Assembly (NCBI GenBank): GCA_950097015.1
Contig: CATNEN010000001.1
Span: forward strand, 5,394,001-5,458,000
Source: Macrostomum hystrix
Lineage: Eukaryota > Animalia > Platyhelminthes
Length of the DNA stretch: 64,000 bases
Direction of reading: 5' to 3'
In this document: in pieces, positions 59,415-64,000 of the stretch
Layout: each line of letters starts with the position of its first letter
Position numbering within the stretch: the stretch's first letter is position 1
Notes under the pieces: model-generated
The model's input: the letters and a program-made list of their open reading frames with translations, nothing else
What the model was told of the DNA's origin: nothing
Databases searched by the model: none
Made by a program: the position numbers and the translations under genes

Positions 59415-59745
59415 GTCAAAGAGACAGAGACAGGGAGTCAAAGAGACAGAGAGACAGGGAGTCAAAGATACAGATACAGAGAGACGGAGAGACAGAGCGA
59501 CAGATACAGAGAGACGGAGAGACAGGGAGTCAAAGATACGGATACAGAGAGACGGAGAGACAGAGCGACAGATACAGAGAGACGGAGAGACAGGGAGTCA
59601 AAGAGACAGAGAGACAGAGAGTCAAAGAGACAGAGAGACAGAGAGTCAAAGAGACAGAGAGACAGAGAGTCAAAGAGACAGATACAGAGAGACAGAGAGA
59701 CAGATACAGAGATACAGAGAGACGGAGAGGCAGAGAGGGAGACAG
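59415..59745. repeat. GAGACAGA-type simple/minisatellite repeat
   Basis: Purine-rich tandem repeat in the mGluR intron. Confidence 0.9.
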
Positions 59746-60476
59746 TGATGAAATCATAGAAGTGAACCGCTAGCTTCTGACTATAATATTTCTCAGTAAA
59801 ACCTGCAAGGTATAGGTGGTTGACGAATTACTGTGAAGGACGACAGTTGCACTTACTGCCATGGTGGAAACTCATTCCGGCAGCAAAGCAATTTCTTGCC
59901 TCGTCTATTCCTTCCTGCCTGCTCTCAATTTTCGATTAATAAGTTGGCAGCAAAGTTCTACAGGTCTTATTCAGGCCCTGCTATTCCGCAGATCAGATTC
60001 TGAGGCTGTGACAAAATTAGCTCTTACTACTCGCAATGAGAACGGCCGAGTCGGGCAACTCACGAGCTAGATGAGAGATGCGAGATAGACCAGCGACAGA
60101 GAAGTAGGCTTCTTCGAGCTACATTCACTTCTATAGGGAGCATTAGGTCGAGTCACGATTAGCCTGACTGTAAGACAAGCTGACGGCAGGATCTCGTCTT
60201 GGAGAGCGTGCCAGTATGCTGGTTGCGTGCACGGCGATGACACGGTCATTGATAAGGATGTAGACCTAAAAGCCGGCGACGCCGTCTTTTGGGGATCAGT
60301 CGGTGTGAGTCGGCGTGAGTCAGTAGCTTGTTCTTAACCTGGTAGTAATTTTTGCTTAAGTATCAGCAAGAGTGTCATAGCAATTTCTTAAGCCTCAGCA
60401 ATGATTCGAAAATTTCACGCTCTTCGATTAAATCTACCTTATTTATGCTCTTTCTTTTTTACTAAGCGAGAGGTCT

Positions 60477-60740
60477 GGGGGTCGGTGGCATAGCGGTTTG
60501 CGCGTTAACGCGAGGGCCAAACTCCAAAGCACAGCGAAGTGTACACTGCCTGACGATGAGAAAGTCATCGCAGATGTACACACCTGTGTGAGCGTGTGCC
60601 TGCGTACGGTATCTGTGTGCGTGTGTGCTCAGGAGTCAGCGAAACGGGCAGAATTGCCTCCTCGCGAGCTGCGGGTCTAGTGTCAGTAAATTATGTGCCA
60701 TTGCCCGCAGCCCTCTTAAAATGTTTATTATTATTATTAA
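60477..60740 (+). mobile_element. SINE family A copy, internally deleted
   Basis: Shares head GGGGGTCGGTGGCA, body (GTACACTGCCTGAC...GTGTGCTCAGGAGTCAGCGAAA) and TTA tail with 55526-55891. Confidence 0.85.
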
Positions 60741-62329
60741 GCGAAAGTTTTGCCAGGAAATTCTAGGAAATATTCGTATTTAAACTTGCCAAATAGTCCT
60801 TTAAGACGAATTGATAAAGACCAGTCTGTACTATGCCAGTCGAACCAGCTATGCACACAGCCAAGCAAATCTTTCGAGTTAATGCAAAACTTCCAGGCAC
60901 CTAGGTTTGAAGGAGCTACACAAGAAGAAGACATTTGGGATTGAATCACGGGTGGTGGAGGGCAAGCTGAAGTGGGATGAGTTTAGTTGGACATTTGCGT
61001 TAGCCATCGATGAAGTAAGTAAATAAGTTTTCCGCTCTTATCCCATTTCACTCCGACCCCACCGAAGAGGGCGAAGTGAGACACTGCTGAGATTTTTTCT
61101 TGGACCAAAGTTGGCTTTGGAAAATTCTATAGATGGGGCTGATATGAAAAACTTGGCTGCGGCAGATAAATGAGAATTATTTGAATAGAATGCGAGTGTT
61201 TAACGGAGATAAAAGTATTCTGGAACCAAATGCTCTAATATCTAATTAACAGTAGACATAATTTTACCGCTCAGAAATTTCATCAATAATCATGTTGGCT
61301 ATAGTATACTATACTATACTATTTATACTATTATTGTAACGTAGAAACTCATATTATGCGTTTTGCATCTATTTAGCATCTAGTATATGCGAGATGCTCG
61401 TATATTGCATGACAGCTTACTAGCCTTTTAAGAACATCTAGCTCTCCTCTTCCCCTTCTCCCCAATCTTCCTCTCCTTACCATCTTGCTGTTTCCACAAC
61501 CTTCATATTCTTCCACTATTTTCGTCTTCTCCTTTTCTCTTCTCCCTCTTCCAACTATTCTCTTTTTTTCTGATCTCGTATTCCCTCCCTACATCTCTCA
61601 TTTCTCTTGTGTGCATCTCCTAAAATTCAGCTTCTTAAAGTCATCTTTCGCAAACACTATTTATAAATATTATCTGGAATGAATAGGAAAATCAATTGTG
61701 ACTGGCTGTGAGAGCATCAGCAGATGATGCATTCCAAATCGTAATCGAATAGGCCAATCTAGCTATGGCCCAAAAAAACCAAGTGATTGCAGACTTACGG
61801 AAATAAGAATTGACGGAATATCATCACACGAGTTCCTGTTCCTGCAAGGCTAGCTTTACCAACACCATCGATCAGGTTTGACGTCAAGCTATACATTGCA
61901 TTCCCTTATAGTGTTATTATCAGGAAAAACCAGGTAAGTATGTAATAATAGTTTTCTAACGAGATCATTTGTCTTCAAAGCAAGCCAAGAATGCAAGAAA
62001 GTTGTTTATACTCTTACATTTGAGTTATTTGCAGCTCGTGATGTATGCTCATGTGCTAGTATTCCTGCTCTGTGACAAATCTCTCTACACTGGTCGCCGA
62101 GTGGTCAGAATATCATCTGTCTTTTTTCCTTTATTGATGCATTTAACATTCTGCTAGTTTATACTGTTCTCTCTTCTCTCGTTTTTTTGGCAGTATGTTT
62201 AACGACAAATAGTTGTATTCAGTAAATACTATAAACTTTGCTGCTTTAACAGTAGGACTGCCAGTTTTTATACCAAGGGGAATTTTATGGCAGTGCCCGA
62301 ATGCTAACAGCGTTGGGTGGAGACTGATT

Positions 62330-62744
62330 GTTTCGCAGACTTGGCGAGGTGCCCTGTCGTTGAGTTGCGCCTAATAATTAGGCTTGATCAGTGAAATTGG
62401 AGAAATTCGCGTCAGGGTGGTCCATAGTTGCCTAGCTCCACCTGTTGTAGCCCTTGAAGGTCCAGCAGTCCGTCTAGATAAAAGTTGGTGACCACCGAAG
62501 ACGGAGATGATGCAAGCACATTCGGGTGACATGCTTTTAAATTTTGAAGGCCTAGCAAGGCCGCACTGAGGCGCATTGCTAATTCATGCGTGTATAGGGG
62601 TGTATGAATTCACTAGCGATTATTGGAAAAATCTGACCTTCGGCCAGAACCATTAAATATCTCGACGGTCTGAAGAGCTGACGACTTGATTATTGTTTCA
62701 GAAGATGCGCAGCAAAAAGTTGGCCGATATTCTTAAGTTTCGTG
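62330..62744. mobile_element. Partial copy (right half) of the 7247-7833 MITE
   Basis: Shared GAAGGTCCAGCAG..GTCTAGATAAAAG, GCAAGGCCGCACTGAGGCGCA and terminal TTTCAGAAGATGCGC..TTTCGTG. Confidence 0.75.
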
Positions 62745-64000
62745 ATCTTAAGTTGCTTCGTTCGGGTGCAGTAAAAAAATTGTCAAGTGGGGAAATCCTC
62801 CTTTGGTAGTTTTACTGCCAGAACTTCATTTTTATCGGTTGATCCGTGCAGTTTCATAGTTTTTATTCTAGTAGATTCTGAAACTCGTAGTAATATTAGG
62901 ATACTATGTTAGGTTAGGATACCAACTAACTGTGGGTCGAATGGTTAGTCCTAAGTGGGTGAAGCTGTCACGATAATATTTAGCTTCAGGCTGGGAAGCT
63001 CCATCCGAAAATGGGGGCTGAAAATGGATGCTGGATGTTTTATCAAATAAGTTCCCGTCTGTCTCAGATGATTTATTCATAAGCTCGCATCGATACAGTA
63101 TAGACCTTCAATGTCTTCAGTTGCTTCGCGGTTTTGAAGCAGACACCAGAAAAGAAATAACGGCTACTTTGCTCACGAGGAACAGTCTATTTTAGTGTCA
63201 GACGAAGCGAGAAGGTAAATTTATCCGGCTAGCTCATCAACTGGTTAGTGCCACTTTTGGTTCTGGGATTCAACTGAGCGAGTTATGATGAAGATTGTCA
63301 ATTACAGCTTTGTGTGTGGCCGATAGCAACATAATTGTCTTCTCGCACGTGGTAATTCCCATCTATCAGCTAATCACTGCTAATTTTTGTCGGTCGATTC
63401 TCGCTTGTCTGGCTTTATTTCACTTTATTGGATTTCCTACAACTTCTTTTTTTTTACTCGGGACGTTGTTACGAGCGACATCTCGCCACTTTTTTATCCT
63501 ATCCCATCCCATATCACAGTCTTTTCACCTGCACTAAATTCCTATAACTTTAGGTAGTACATCAGTATCAAATGAACAAAATTACAAGTTAAAAATAGCT
63601 TATTAATAGCTTAAGCATAAAGTACTTTTGCAAGATCCCATTTCCTTCTCCTTGAATGATTTTTCCGATGCAAGCAAACCTTTTTTATAATTTGCGGCTT
63701 GTGTCGACCTGAAAACACGCTGTGAAACAGGACACACCGACCAATGTCTCTTGCATCAACCTCGGGGTGGACATTTAGCAAAAAGAACTCTAAACAAACC
63801 AAAGAAAATTATTTTTAGTGCAGCAATCGCTTGAAAAGATGAGATAAACAACAGCTTGGTCATCAAATTGTCAGCTGTCGTAGCTGTCGCATGTTAAAGA
63901 AAACGCTTCGACGCAGAAAGCAGATTGCCAGAAAAATACGCTTTAGGAAATAATTTCTAGTTAAGTAAAGGTTTTCATCAGATGACACCTGTTTGATCAC

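Noticed and set aside
60540-60650. Hammerhead ribozyme in SINE family A (CTGACGA...GAAA)
   Set aside because: CTGAC pairs locally with GTCAG/GTCAT in a simple hairpin, and I could not build stems I-III with a cleavage triplet. An Infernal search would settle it.
57481-64000. Further mGluR exons or genes among the short ORFs
   Set aside because: No ORF shows the expected next mGluR motif (IPQISY..T) or any other recognisable motif, so I treat the region as intron.

Overview
Eukaryotic (metazoan) genomic DNA with GT-AG introns and many minisatellites. The style suggests an invertebrate, possibly a Macrostomum-like flatworm, but that is inference only. From left to right the window holds: an 11-exon nidogen-like gene (-); five co-oriented housekeeping genes on the - strand (NOC4L > CCDC130/YJU2B > TVP23 > LENG9-like > TUBGCP4) that look like a trans-spliced operon; a head-to-head, intron-containing PDX1/PDX2 pair (de novo vitamin B6 synthase, unusual in animals) with a structured GC-rich spacer; an octopamine-alpha-like GPCR with a very long C-tail; and exon 1 of a metabotropic glutamate receptor. 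The most striking object is a young 6974-bp LTR element in TUBGCP4 intron 1. It has two 1034-bp LTRs that look identical, a 5-bp TSD, a PBS and a PPT. Its single intact ORF fuses Gag to a herpes-gB-like (class III) envelope glycoprotein, with no recognisable pol. All protein family calls come from motif recognition by eye; no database search was run.
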